A DNA stretch of 63,760 bases, counting the filler, from Stramenopiles sp. TOSAG23-6 (Eukaryota): NCBI GenBank assembly GCA_900128565.1. It is 9 parts of 9 records of this genome, joined end to end, with 100 filler letters (N's around TTAATTAATTAA, not from the genome) between each part and the next. Parts side by side here need not be neighbours in the genome. Positions count along the whole stretch, not along the records: positions 46,368 to 57,782 come from LT636261.1; positions 57,883 to 59,278 come from LT639120.1; positions 59,379 to 60,773 come from LT639121.1; positions 60,874 to 62,267 come from LT639122.1; 5 more parts are not named here. One strand, given 5' to 3'. The notes under the pieces are model-generated. The model was not told the DNA's origin. It searched no databases and worked only from the letters and a program-made list of their open reading frames with translations. Positions 48,365 to 61,025 of this stretch are shown here, piece by piece (the first letter of the stretch is position 1; every line of letters begins with the position of its first letter). Position numbers and translations under genes: made by a program.

Positions 48365-50830
48365 TTACTTTGTTGTAATTACCCCCGGATAGTTGGGTGC
48401 GTACTTTACTAACAGTCTGTTTAAATCACACACAGGAACATGCTCTTCTTCTGATACTTCTGAAAAAAGCTCTGAAAGACAATCTTCAGAAACATTCCCT
48501 TGAAGTTTTTCCATTATTTTATTCTTGAACTCTGACACTGNTAAATGTTGTTTCGTCGTTGTATCTAATACACAAGTTATAATGACANTGAGTGGATCTT
48601 CCAATACTAATATTTCTGCTTCTTCTCTTGCAAGAATCATTTTTGAAAACTGCGAAAAATTTAAGCTTTTGGTTTCACTTGAGANTGTTTGAAATATTAA
48701 CGCGAATGTGGCATCGGGTAACATATTATCACTAAGCATCTTATTTTGTCTATACCAACGCGCAAATGCAGTCAAACTAATTTCAGATTCACCAGTGTCA
48801 TCTTTCAGCATTTGGTTTGAGCCTATGCGTTCAAAAACACGATGTAAAATCATGTCCCTAGAATTTACTTCCAAATTTGTATGTATTTTCCGTGGTATAC
48901 TAGTATTAATACTAGTATTATTATTTGTTGATGGATGAATTACACTGTTAGAGGGTGCATCAGTATTAATTTCTAGATCTCCAAGTTTTCCACCATTATT
49001 TTCAAGAGTGTGTTTTGTTTTCAGTAAAATAAGCCAGTCAAATACACGGACAACAATTGTCGCAAGTCTAGATTGCGACCTTCCTATGACGTGGCGTTCA
49101 ACCTTATGGTTACGGAACACTCCAATACATGATATCATTGTCAGTTGCTTTGTCATTGATCCCAAGAAATAAAGAATAACTATTATTGGAATTGCTGCAA
49201 TTATTGGAATTAAAATTTGATACACAAGCGATACTTTTGATATCGCAANAGGTAGTTGAATCACTACAACTACCATGTATATAGCTGTACAAGCAACAAC
49301 AAACCTCAGCAGAAAACGCAAAAACCATGGCCCTTGACTTCCATACCAAAACACAGCATGAAGAGGCATATTGGACTCATACATTGGACCACAACGACAT
49401 ATACGTTTTTTTGTACCTTGGATATCTTTTTTATGAGCANGACTAAGAGATGTTTGACCAGACGTTTGAATCATTGTTGTCATTAGCTGCTTCAAACCTT
49501 CAGCTTTTTCCTTTTCCATCCCTGTTTTTGTGTATACGGGTAGATTTTGAGCACATTGCATTACGTTAACCCAAGATGGTGATTTACGAACTACATCTTC
49601 ATAAATGCGTTTTAATTTGATATGCATAATTATTGCCAATGTTAGTATAGTATACCCAAATCCAAGGAATACAACAAATTGTATTTTTGGTTTTTCTACT
49701 AGTGGTAGTATCATGACCATCATTATAACTTCAAGAAATAACCAAAGTTTCATTGGAATTCTCAATATATAAGCAATAGTTTCCCCTAATTGTATTGCCA
49801 GGTAATCTCCAAAGTCAAAATGAGCATATCTTGTCGTAGTTTCATCACAATCAAGTTTTGTTGGAAAGTAAGCCAACGTTTTAGACTCAGACTTTGAAGT
49901 AGGTAAATCTTGGAATAAGAACGGAATAAATTCCATTCGAAGTACAAGAAATTCAAAGGTTGNATAATCATTATTCATTCTTTTACCTTTCTTGGTACAA
50001 CTATGAAAAAATGTTTTTTTTGTCATTTCCTTAANAGAAAGCATAAAATCCCAGACAACATCTTCTGGGTGTTTACAAAAGTGTTCAAATTTCACCCAAT
50101 TNAAGCAAAGTGNTTCTCCTATCATTGTCAAGAGTACAACAAAAAANGCAAATACAGCCATTGAAGATGCAAGCAGTAAATTCACATAATCAATCATATC
50201 CCCAACTTGTTTNGGATCAAAAGATAAATCCTTTTCCTTTAATAATTCCGCAATCCAATAAAATATGCTACTTCTTTCAATTGCAAACCCAATCAAAAGA
50301 ACAACCGCCATGATTGCAAATTCTTGTAAGCCGGCATTTACTATGTCTTTCAGTGGAAGAATAGATTTTTTTGCGGCAAATACATAGACATTATTTATGC
50401 TATTATCCAGGAGAATTATAAAAAGAAAAATTNCAGCCAACGCGATAACTAATGCACCTATGGATGCTACTGTTACTGAAGCAAAACTGACAATTGAATT
50501 TCTTGAAGTAGTTGAATTTCTTGAAGTAGTTGAATTTCTTGAACTAGTTGGACTCCTTTTAGCNTTTCTCTCTTCCTCAGCCTTCATCTTGTCACTATCA
50601 ACCGAATCTTCTGTATCNTTCTTCTGTTTACTAACCTTACCCTGCACTTCCGCACTTTGGGCCCATATCCCATTCCAAATTTGCTCTACATCCGTAGTAC
50701 TGCTAGTAGGTTGAGACTGGCCTGTAACTGGTTCATAAGTGAGAGATCCTTGTTGCAACACATTACGATCTATTGAGATGGTACACAACGGCAATACAAG
50801 CACCATTAGCATCGTAAAATTTGTCATCAT
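48365..50830 (-). CDS. MLO-like multi-TM protein with degenerate C-terminal EF-hands
   Basis: QEFAIM, HFDFGDYL...IPMKLW, FWYGSQGPWFL resemble MLO motifs. Confidence 0.6.
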   Translation of the reverse strand: MMTNFTMLMVLVLPLCTISIDRNVLQQGSLTYEPVTGQSQPTSSTTDVEQIWNGIWAQSAEVQGKVSKQKXDTEDSVDSDKMKAEEERXAKRSPTSSRNSTTSRNSTTSRNSIVSFASVTVASIGALVIALAXIFLFIILLDNSINNVYVFAAKKSILPLKDIVNAGLQEFAIMAVVLLIGFAIERSSIFYWIAELLKEKDLSFDXKQVGDMIDYVNLLLASSMAVFXFFVVLLTMIGEXLCXNWVKFEHFCKHPEDVVWDFMLSXKEMTKKTFFHSCTKKGKRMNNDYXTFEFLVLRMEFIPFLFQDLPTSKSESKTLAYFPTKLDCDETTTRYAHFDFGDYLAIQLGETIAYILRIPMKLWLFLEVIMMVMILPLVEKPKIQFVVFLGFGYTILTLAIIMHIKLKRIYEDVVRKSPSWVNVMQCAQNLPVYTKTGMEKEKAEGLKQLMTTMIQTSGQTSLSXAHKKDIQGTKKRICRCGPMYESNMPLHAVFWYGSQGPWFLRFLLRFVVACTAIYMVVVVIQLPXAISKVSLVYQILIPIIAAIPIIVILYFLGSMTKQLTMISCIGVFRNHKVERHVIGRSQSRLATIVVRVFDWLILLKTKHTLENNGGKLGDLEINTDAPSNSVIHPSTNNNTSINTSIPRKIHTNLEVNSRDMILHRVFERIGSNQMLKDDTGESEISLTAFARWYRQNKMLSDNMLPDATFALIFQTXSSETKSLNFSQFSKMILAREEAEILVLEDPLXVIITCVLDTTTKQHLXVSEFKNKIMEKLQGNVSEDCLSELFSEVSEEEHVPVCDLNRLLVKYAPNYPGVITTK

Positions 50831-51192
50831 TACTGTTTACCAATGGATTGCTGTGTTTTCGGAGATCCAGTGCAAAGAGAGGGACAAAAATTTGAATTTT
50901 GAATTAATTTGAAATTTTTTTTCAATTCACAAACCTGTTTTCGTTTTCGTGCAGCGCTGTCGCTGTCCGTTTGTTTTTTTCAACGGATTATCATTTTTTT
51001 TTATTACATATGACTCACGTACCTACCGTAAGTAATACCAAGGGAATACTACGTAGGCTACCGGGGTGTACACCGGTGTACCAGCAGCTACTATAGTAAT
51101 AAGTAANCAGCAAAGTAGTAGAATAAGAGTAAATTTGATACTATAATAGGACATATTATGTTAGATGGATATTTCTCNTCAATAAGCCACGA

Positions 51193-51891
51193 ATGAGTGT
51201 ACGTTCTGATAATCCANTTACCGATAGTAATATATACGCTGCTGTGGAAGATGTTTTGGCTAGTTCGGAGATGCAGAAGCTACATACGTTGCTTCAAACC
51301 TCGTTAACANACCTTCCCACAAGTAGTTATGACTACAACGAACATATAAATAAAGTAATATCGATGTTTAGTGATAGTGTAAAAGGTGCTGTGCATAGAA
51401 ACAACAAAAAACGTAAAAGTTCAACGTTTAGGTCAAATAAATGGTATTCATTAGAAGATGCGAGATTGAAGACGGCAGTAGAAAAATATGGGAGAAAGTG
51501 GAAGTTAATATCAGAATTCGTCGGGACAAGAAATAGCACACAATGCCGACACCGCTGGACTAAGACATTGGCACCTGGTATAATAAAAGGACGATGGAAA
51601 AAACATGAGGATGATTTACTCAAGGGCATGAAAATGATAGACAGTTCTTGGAAAGATATCACCAAGGCAATTGTGGGTAGGAGTGAACAACAGTGCCGTG
51701 AACGCTGGGAGAAATGTTTAAACCCTTTGTTAAAGAAGAANAANTGGTCTTTAGAGGAAGATACAATTATTATCAGCACGCAATCAAAAATAGGAAATAA
51801 TTGGTCTACAATTGCAAAGTCATTGACGCAGCGAACAGCACAGGATATAAGAAATCGATTCAGAGCTCTTCAGTCCCGAAAAGTAGTCTAA
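51193..51891 (+). CDS. Three-repeat Myb transcription factor
   Basis: Three W-spaced repeats: RNSTQCRHRW, RSEQQCRERW, RTAQDIRNRF. Confidence 0.92.
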   Translation: MSVRSDNPXTDSNIYAAVEDVLASSEMQKLHTLLQTSLTXLPTSSYDYNEHINKVISMFSDSVKGAVHRNNKKRKSSTFRSNKWYSLEDARLKTAVEKYGRKWKLISEFVGTRNSTQCRHRWTKTLAPGIIKGRWKKHEDDLLKGMKMIDSSWKDITKAIVGRSEQQCRERWEKCLNPLLKKXXWSLEEDTIIISTQSKIGNNWSTIAKSLTQRTAQDIRNRFRALQSRKVV

Positions 51892-52122
51892 TTTTATCAT
51901 TGTTATATAATAAAGTCTAAGTTTTTTGTGGATCCTTCCTTCTTTTTCACTGCAAAAAACTTATCTACACGAAATACCGATCGATGATGGCCGATGGAAT
52001 GGAATCGAATCGGTGATCTGATGTCAAATGTTTTTGCGATTTCATTTAGAGATTGGTTGGCATGGCCACTTGAGAAAATTATTTTTATTTAATTGTCCAT
52101 TAAAGGATTTAGTTTACNCTTT

Positions 52123-53781
52123 ATGATGGGTGCCACAGATACGCCTGAAGGTCCCACTTTCGTGCCTCCAGGTGCAGTAGTTGACCCTCCATCATTACCT
52201 CCAACGCGTAGTGTTGCTTCGCTACCACGCGCGACAGTGACAGATCCTGAACAGCATGGTACTTTCCGAAAATATGTTGACTATAGTGTTAGCTACTTCG
52301 GTGCCGATGGGCATTTAATAGCTTCGGTTCGACGAAGATATAGCGATTTTCATTGGCTTCGTGAAGTACTATGTTCTCGNTACCGTGGAATGCTGATTGT
52401 CCCACTACCTGGTAAAGAGATGAAAAGTTTCTGGAATCCATCAGACATGGAATTTTTGAAGAAGCGCATGGCTGGCTTAGATCGTTTTATGGTAGGTTTA
52501 CTGGTTAACCCNTATCTTCGCAGTGATGCTTTGGTTAATAATTTTTTATGTACTGCATCTGACAAAGAATGGTCTTCAAAGAAAAAGACCATTTCTAATG
52601 TTTCACGAGAACAGGTATTGGCGTCTTGCCCAGGACTTGTTGCGTGGGAAAAGGCTGCAAATACCCATGAACTAGGAGATGAGTTTAAACCAAACAAGCA
52701 GCTGGAAGCGGTTCGNGACCAACACAAAAGCATTTCCGAAAGTATAANTGAGGCTTGTGGAGTATCTCAGAAATTATGCACTTCAGCGACTACTCTCGGT
52801 ACTGCTTCAAAGAATTTTCAGCAACGTTTAGATGTGCAAGCTTCTTCCATTGCCAATCTNCAACAGTCTTCGACTACTACAGGTCTAGCTGATGTTGCAG
52901 CTCGCATGGGTGATGCTGCTGATGTTTGNCAAGTCATATCGGCTGCTTGGCATAAGTGGAGTTTACAGAATACTTTACTNCCTGATTATTTGGAACTGTT
53001 TTTCAAGAGAGCTGAAGAAAGTCGCCAGCGTGATGCAGAAGCTCTCACTGTTCTTCTAAAGACTCATGCCAAGACTGTAGCAAAATATTCCAAAGAATGG
53101 ACAGCGAAAGAGAAACTTGCATTTCAATTACAAAAGGTAACAGATGCTGCAGCCACCCCTCTGGATTCAAAAACGCGACAAAAATTGGATAAAATTGGAG
53201 TTGAACTTGGTGAAGCAAGTACTAAAGCTGGAAAAACAAAAGCTAATATGGAGCTAGAATCTCGAGCTATTTTGCACACCGAACTTGCTCGTACTTCTTC
53301 AAATGATGTAACTTGTATTCGAGGTGTGTTTGAACAATTTGCAGCGACACAGATCGAAGTTCTGGACACCCAACGAAATATGTGGTTGGAGACTCTCCTT
53401 GCTTTGAAAGCAGANGTTGATCAGTGTAAGTTGGAAGCTAAACAGAGTCTTACGNGAGGTATAGCTGGTAAGTTGGTATTTCAACCATACCCAGACCACG
53501 ATGGGTCTGCGAGGTCGTGTCGCACAGCTACACTTATTCAGGACTTGAAACTTCACTCAACAAAAAAAAGCGATATTGAGGAAAAAGATGAGGNTGTTAA
53601 GAAGGTTGCTGAAGAAGACATTCAAGATGAAAACCGGAAGTCCAATAGTTCATTTTTTCTTGATGACAATAATACTTCTGTGGATAGTATAGTGAGTCCA
53701 AAAAAGATAAGTGAAGACAATGNGAATGACTCAGTTGATGTTGCTTGGAGTGAAGATATTCCGAACAGCAAGGATCTTTAG
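52123..53781 (+). CDS. Sorting nexin (PX plus BAR-like)
   Basis: VRRRYSDFHWLR..PLPGK..FLKKRMAGLDRF then coiled coil. Confidence 0.88.
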   Translation: MMGATDTPEGPTFVPPGAVVDPPSLPPTRSVASLPRATVTDPEQHGTFRKYVDYSVSYFGADGHLIASVRRRYSDFHWLREVLCSXYRGMLIVPLPGKEMKSFWNPSDMEFLKKRMAGLDRFMVGLLVNXYLRSDALVNNFLCTASDKEWSSKKKTISNVSREQVLASCPGLVAWEKAANTHELGDEFKPNKQLEAVXDQHKSISESIXEACGVSQKLCTSATTLGTASKNFQQRLDVQASSIANXQQSSTTTGLADVAARMGDAADVXQVISAAWHKWSLQNTLXPDYLELFFKRAEESRQRDAEALTVLLKTHAKTVAKYSKEWTAKEKLAFQLQKVTDAAATPLDSKTRQKLDKIGVELGEASTKAGKTKANMELESRAILHTELARTSSNDVTCIRGVFEQFAATQIEVLDTQRNMWLETLLALKAXVDQCKLEAKQSLTXGIAGKLVFQPYPDHDGSARSCRTATLIQDLKLHSTKKSDIEEKDEXVKKVAEEDIQDENRKSNSSFFLDDNNTSVDSIVSPKKISEDNXNDSVDVAWSEDIPNSKDL

Positions 53782-53946
53782 GTGTTAAAGCAGACATTTG
53801 TTTGTGNACTGATTTTCATTTTTTTGTCTTTCAAAGTTTCTTGACCATATGTTTATCAATAAAATCTTACACAATTACTTATTCACACTTTTCTATTTAA
53901 TATATTTAATTCACATTACTGTGAAATCTCCACNGAAACCCCTCAC

Positions 53947-54249
53947 TTATAACCANGAGGGGAGTACGCTGACCGTCGGTGACGTCAATACCGCATGCTT
54001 CACCGCAGCAGCAAGAGTCATATCCCCACAATTCGATTGGGAAGCGGCTAGTGTATTATTTATCATACTACATGGTGGTATTATTACTCCTTGAAACTGT
54101 TGTGTTGACGAAAGGCTATTATTNAAAGTATGGAACCCTTGNCGTTGTTTATGTCGCTTATTCGTTTTGCAAATGACATATATTCTCTTCTTTCTCCTAA
54201 CTACTTGNCAATTTTTACACATTCTGCGTACAGCTGAGCGGACTTTCAT
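53947..54249 (-). CDS. MRPL36: Organellar ribosomal protein bL36 with C-terminal extension
   Basis: MKVRSAVRRMC..VVRRKKRIYVICKTNKRHKQxQG. Confidence 0.9.
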   Translation of the reverse strand: MKVRSAVRRMCKNXQVVRRKKRIYVICKTNKRHKQXQGFHTXNNSLSSTQQFQGVIIPPCSMINNTLAASQSNCGDMTLAAAVKHAVLTSPTVSVLPXWL

Positions 54250-54650
54250 TTTTCTGTCTTTGATTGCTTTTCAATATTGTTGTATTACCTTAAGAATCTA
54301 AATTAAGCAAGTTGGTAGAAAATACTCTTATAACCTACAGTACGTCGTACAGTTGTTTCAGAAGTGTATAGAGAGAGACCTTGTGCAANCACTTCAGACT
54401 GAACAGAGGCACGTGCCACGTGGTCACTACTAACCCTAACCCTAGATATAATATCTAGAGATATTCTTTGCATATTCTTTGTACGAAACAACCAAATATT
54501 AAAAATAATATCACGAAAATATAAACCTAATTTTATAAAATGTATTTCTGGATGAAAAATATACCAACAATGAATAAAGTCAAAGGCAGATTGTCTCATT
54601 TCGGTATCAGCGATTTGTATATATTTGTATTGGATATAGATCTAAAGACA

Positions 54651-56126
54651 TTAGATAAATGTTTTGCAAGCAAGAACNATGAGAGATATACCATACACAA
54701 CTAGAAAGAATATACCCCTCCGCANATTCAGTATTGCTTTTTTCTGTTTACGGATAAAAGCAACGCCTAGCAAAGATATAAACGAAATACAAACAATGCC
54801 TGTTTGTAAATATGCTGTAAACTGTAGAGAAGAAGGATCATGGACAATCACTTTACCACCTGAGAGAATAGTGATCATCCATATAAACCCTAACCCTATA
54901 AGAATGTTACAAATCTGTGATCCAATACTATTACTAACAGCCATACTTCCATATCCTTTACGTGCTACCGTCACAGATTGAATCATGTCTGGAATTTCTG
55001 CACCTATTGCAACAATAGCAGTTCCAAAAAAACCAACTTCATCTGAAACATTCCACATTGAACACCAACGTTCCATAATAGCAGCAATCAAAAATGAAAA
55101 TAGGGATATCCATAGAAAAGCCACAAAAAATGTTGCTGGCCAAAAGTTTTCCCATGGAGTGCCCATTTCACATGGTACACANGTATATGAAAATGCCTTA
55201 TCTAAAGGTAGAACCATTATACGTACTATTTTCATTATTTTTGATGACGACAATTCCGAATCAACTTCAGGCAGTTGCAATTCTTCACTATTTGCAGCTG
55301 GTTCTTCTTGAGAAGTATCAATAGAAAGTAAACCTGTACTACTANTATTTAACTGTTCCCCAGCAACATTAATACCTGNAGATGGAGGCATATATTCACC
55401 AGTGGGAGCTCTTTCTCTATTAGCAGAGACTGTAGCCTCTTCGAGGGCGGCAAGCTCTTTTTCTTCTGCTGTTGCGGAATCCAGGAGAGACGTCCGACGA
55501 ACTTGGGCAACACTACGCCTCGCTTCGGCCACAAAATTAGAAAATGGAGCTGGCTCCAATCCAATAAACTTCCTTCGATAGACACGGCGGATCACCGGTG
55601 CTACTAATAAAACTATAATATATATAACATATATAGAGACAAGAGTAGCGGCCTCTACTATATCGATGACACCGTCATTGAAGAATTGGCAAAGACATAN
55701 AATTGCTATTAAATAAAAGGATATATCACGCAGTAATGGACGGCGTTTCAACTCTAATGGTACTCCGGAAAATATTCCACAACAACCAGGAATTGCCATA
55801 AACGCAATCATACCAGAACCTAAGATAGCACCGATACTTAAGGTAATGGAGTTATCAGAGTTATCAGTCGTTGTTGCTGACTTCAAGGTACTTACAGCGC
55901 TGATAATTATTTCGGGCGCTGCCGAACCAAACGCCATGAACGACGCACCAGCAACATCTTCAGGTATATGAAATTTTAAGCATAAGGTCTCGAGGCTTGC
56001 AACGAGGTGGTTGTCACATACTACAGCTACACCATAGAAGCTGTAAAGAAAAAGAACAAACTCGAACAAAATCCCCGCCCAGTTCCCGTCGATCGAATCA
56101 AGGCACGCATTTTGTACATTACACAT
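54651..56126 (-). CDS. K-dependent Na/Ca exchanger (SLC24/NCKX-like)
   Basis: DVAGASFMAFGSAAPE and AIGAEIPD...GYGSMAVSNSIGSQICNIL alpha repeats. Confidence 0.9.
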   Translation of the reverse strand: MCNVQNACLDSIDGNWAGILFEFVLFLYSFYGVAVVCDNHLVASLETLCLKFHIPEDVAGASFMAFGSAAPEIIISAVSTLKSATTTDNSDNSITLSIGAILGSGMIAFMAIPGCCGIFSGVPLELKRRPLLRDISFYLIAIXCLCQFFNDGVIDIVEAATLVSIYVIYIIVLLVAPVIRRVYRRKFIGLEPAPFSNFVAEARRSVAQVRRTSLLDSATAEEKELAALEEATVSANRERAPTGEYMPPSXGINVAGEQLNXSSTGLLSIDTSQEEPAANSEELQLPEVDSELSSSKIMKIVRIMVLPLDKAFSYXCVPCEMGTPWENFWPATFFVAFLWISLFSFLIAAIMERWCSMWNVSDEVGFFGTAIVAIGAEIPDMIQSVTVARKGYGSMAVSNSIGSQICNILIGLGFIWMITILSGGKVIVHDPSSLQFTAYLQTGIVCISFISLLGVAFIRKQKKAILNXRRGIFFLVVYGISLXVLACKTFI

Positions 56127-56312
56127 GCTTCAATAACCAAGCTATCTAAAGAGAGACGGCACAGCAATGATTTCTTGAGGGCCAAGTTAAATTCGTGGTA
56201 ATGTGAGAGCTTTGAAAGTCTTATTTTCCAGTACGACGACGAGTACGAGTCAGGTACTCACAACACCACCAGCAATTTGCCACCAGTGACTGCCGACTGA
56301 CCAGTAAATAAA

Positions 56313-56637
56313 TAGTGATTGGAAACTTCAAGCACGAAACTTACTACGAAACTTTATCGTGAAATTTATATGAAACTTCATGAAACTTCAATGAAACTTT
56401 CACCCCGTTTTTTCCGTAAATGAAACTTACTGTAAAATATACAAAGTTTCACTTAGGTTAGGGTTAGGGTTACCCTAACCCTAATGCCATATGTATATTG
56501 GGCAATATAAATCCAATAATATTTCGTGCATGAAACTTTCTTTTCACAAATGAAACTTATGAAAGTTTCATTGAAAGTTTCATGAAAGTTAGTGAAACTT
56601 CATGACAAAAAAAAAATCATGAAGTTTCCAATCACTA
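56313..56637. mobile_element. hAT-type MITE (325 bp)
   Basis: Perfect 18-bp TIR TAGTGATTGGAAACTTCA; 8-bp TSD TAAATAAA (56305-56312, 56638-56645); many subterminal TGAAACTT copies. Confidence 0.88.
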
Positions 56638-56763
56638 TAAATAAACTGCCGACGTTACCTGGTTCACCATTTTTTTCGGCTCTTTTTTTTGAAACAAGAT
56701 AAATTTTTTATACGTGCTCCTCTTATTTAAAAGAAATCTCGGTGTTTCTTTAAATATATAACC

Positions 56764-57689
<926 letters not shown>

Positions 57690-57939
57690 GTACGTTTTCA
57701 CAATTAATTTCAAAATTATTTTTTTTTCGTACGAAATTTTGTACCTAACAAATTTTGACTACATTTTTTTTTTACNANACATNNNNNNNNNNNNNNNNNN
57801 NNNNNNNNNNNNNNNNNNNNNNNNNNTTAATTAATTAANNNNNNNNNNNNNNNNNNNNNNNNNNNNNNNNNNNNNNNNNNNNGTACGAAATTTCGTATGA
57901 AAAAAAATTAAATTAGAAATTCATATAAAACATACAAAC

Positions 57940-58628
57940 ATTTGTTCATCGGCAATCTTTTCCATATAAAGAAATGATAAAAATAAAATTGTTGCCAAAA
58001 TATCAAATAGACAAAGAGGCTTGTATTCTTCTACTTCCTGAATATATGCAATTGGTGATACAATAGCTAAAAGGATGATATTTTGATACAAGCAAACAAA
58101 TACAGCGTTAAAATACTCAAATGTCAAAGATGGTGCACTCAACCATTGACGCACATGCTTCCAGCGATAATCTTCACCGCCAGAGTATCCACCTTTTATG
58201 TGGAAATTCCAGGTTAATCGCATTCCCCAAAGTGTTACAATACAACACATCAGTAGAATACGTGTTGAATTGAGCGATGAAAAAGCGTATATAACAAGCG
58301 ACACGCAACTTATGCACTCCCTCACAGAGAACTTTGATCGGCAAATTCCTATACAAACTGATAAGCACCACGTTATGAATGAAATGATAAACATTAAACA
58401 AATACATTTGGGCCATATTGAAATTTCACTGAAACCTCTTGATGTAAGACAATATTGAAAAGACTTCAACGAGTTTGTGCATACAACTGCAGATGACTGA
58501 GAATTCCACAAATATAAAACACCTACGACATTCACTGTTGCTCCACACACAACCAATTTTGGTGACATCATATCAGCTTTATCACGCAAGCGTAGCGGTG
58601 ACTCCATATGCAAAGTTGTCATTTCCAA
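57940..58628 (-). CDS. DUF1295 / steroid 5-alpha-reductase-like membrane protein; truncated
   Basis: WGMRLTWNF..KGGY..GEDYRW, EKIADEQ. Confidence 0.82.
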
Positions 58629-59609
58629 TTAAAGCTCAATTTCGTTGTGTTGTTTTGCTATAATATAACTCGAAAAAACATTTGGACTTGTTGTGAAGAA
58701 GGCATTTTGAAGCATTTTGAAAATATTATTATCACACGAAATATTTCAATTTTTTTTGTTTCGAGATTTTCCATCAAAAATGGCTGTCAACTTATGATGT
58801 TATATATGAAAATATTGGCCATTTGCATGTCACCCAACATTTTGACGCTCCTTGAAAGCGACTGGGTCACGTTGACATTACGTCAATGTCAGGGGATAGC
58901 ATGAACATAGTTACAGAGGCTACTTTCCCGATGGATATGAACTCCACTGTTCAGAGTAATGACTCCAATGGGCGAAAAGTTGTCCATTGGAAAATAGAAC
59001 CGTATCGTTCTACGATGCTGAAAGCCATTAATCTCGTTTTAGAAAAAGGACTGCCCACAAAGCAAGTATGTCGTGATTATTCAAATCTTTTCTCATGGTT
59101 TATGTATTATAATTGACTCATTGAAGTATCACCATGGCTCAGCTTTTATGGGCCATTTTTTTTCCATTTTGCTTCATTTATAGTGTTAAGTCCCAACTGT
59201 AAAATATTGTCTGACACTGTACCATCATACCTGCTAAACTAACGCTTTAACTTTTTTTTAAATATGAATCACTACAGANNNNNNNNNNNNNNNNNNNNNN
59301 NNNNNNNNNNNNNNNNNNNNNNTTAATTAATTAANNNNNNNNNNNNNNNNNNNNNNNNNNNNNNNNNNNNNNNNNNNNAAGAATATAATAATTATTATGA
59401 CCAGTGCTGTCGTGTCACATCGACATCATGATAACAATACCTTTTTTGAATCATTCCTTAGTTAGCTTAGGTAACAATTTTTGGTACGATTTTTTGAATG
59501 ATAGATTATTTTTCGTTTTTTTCCTTAAAATTCTAAGTTTTCTTCTTCTTCTTCTTTATTTATTTATTAAATCATCAAATGAGTCAAAACAAAATTTATT
59601 GAAAGCACA

Positions 59610-60719
59610 ATGGTTTGGAGTATCATTAGGAATCTTCGTAGTGTATTTTTCTTCATTGTTATGCTTGTCACGCATAGCACAAGTAGCAGTAGCAATTGCA
59701 TCTCAATCGTTTGGCCTCGACCTTTTTCAGTCATGCTGAATCCATCAATTGTCATTTTGCGTGTTGCTGGGGATGAACAACTCCAATCGTGTGCTAATAT
59801 ACAAAGTATATGCTTGAATTTTGACCAAGAAGATGCACAAAAGTGTATCGATGTTCCATTTCGTCGTGATGGTGAAGCAATTAGCGTCCAAGTTGTCCTA
59901 AATCACCTGCGTTTTGGAACGATTGTCCTTTCAGTTGAGGCTTTTACACAAACTCTACCGAACATTGAAAAGCAGATATCGGACGACGACTTGCTCACTA
60001 GAATATTTGAGGTGCTTGACCCATCTACTAATTCTGCTGCTCAAATACGTATTCCTTTGGTGCATACAGCTGCTGTCTTTAATTCTATTCAACCTNNNNN
60101 NNNNNNNNNNNNNAATGTGACTTTTTTGTCTCCTATGGAAGGTGAAGTTGTTTATGGTGCATCAGTGGAAGTTATCCTCCTTGTCACTGGTTTTGGTTTT
60201 GATCAAAATGTACTTTTATCACTGCCTCGAAATATTGAAGTGTGTTTCGTACTTCTTAATTATAAAAATCATGAAAATCATGACAAACGAATAAAATATG
60301 AAAAATATGAAAAATATGAAAAACAAATACAATGTGTACGTCGTATTGAAATGGCTCATAGTGTAGCCTTGATTGGACTTCTACCTGGTCCTAATGTATT
60401 AAAAGCCTTTTTGCGTACTATAAATACTCGTGAAGAGATTGGTCATTCAACAACAATAATTTTTGAATCGGAACAAATTGACAAAAAAAATATTTTTTCA
60501 CNNTGACAAAAATAATATTTTTCAAACTGAAGAGACTTCAGAAACTGAACGGGAAAAATATTCTGCATTGAGCCCAACAAACAAAGCCACAGTTTTAAAT
60601 TATGCTGAACCAATACAGTATTTAAGTACAAAATTTCGTATGAACAAAAAAGACATTGTCTTACCCGATATAACAATACTCACACCAAAACCATTTTCTA
60701 TTTTGAGTCCTGAAAATGT
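59610..60719 (+). CDS. Secreted hypothetical protein with repeated 'I/F-x-SP' beta domains; partial
   Basis: Signal-like N-terminus; long ORF broken by Ns; ends at a family donor. Confidence 0.55.
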
Positions 60720-61025
60720 GTACGTTTTCATTTCAATTTCGAATTTAGTTTTTTTTTCGTACGAAATTTTGTANNNNNNNNNNNNNNNNNNNNNNNNNNN
60801 NNNNNNNNNNNNNNNNNTTAATTAATTAANNNNNNNNNNNNNNNNNNNNNNNNNNNNNNNNNNNNNNNNNNNNATGTACGTTTTCATCATGAATTTCTAA
60901 TTTATTTATTTTTTTCATACGAAATTTTGTACTTAAACAAAAAAGATTTTTTTTTTTTTGACATGTATGTTTTCATCATGAATTTCTAATTTATTTCGAA
61001 TTTGACATATTTTTTCACAAGACAT

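Noticed and set aside
51010-51090. Cluster of short palindromes (GGTGTACACC, TACGTA) upstream of the Myb gene
   Set aside because: Too short to support an RNA gene or element call.
56452-56484. True telomere or chromosome fusion site
   Set aside because: Only 2-3 units per side and enclosed within a TIR/TSD-bounded element.
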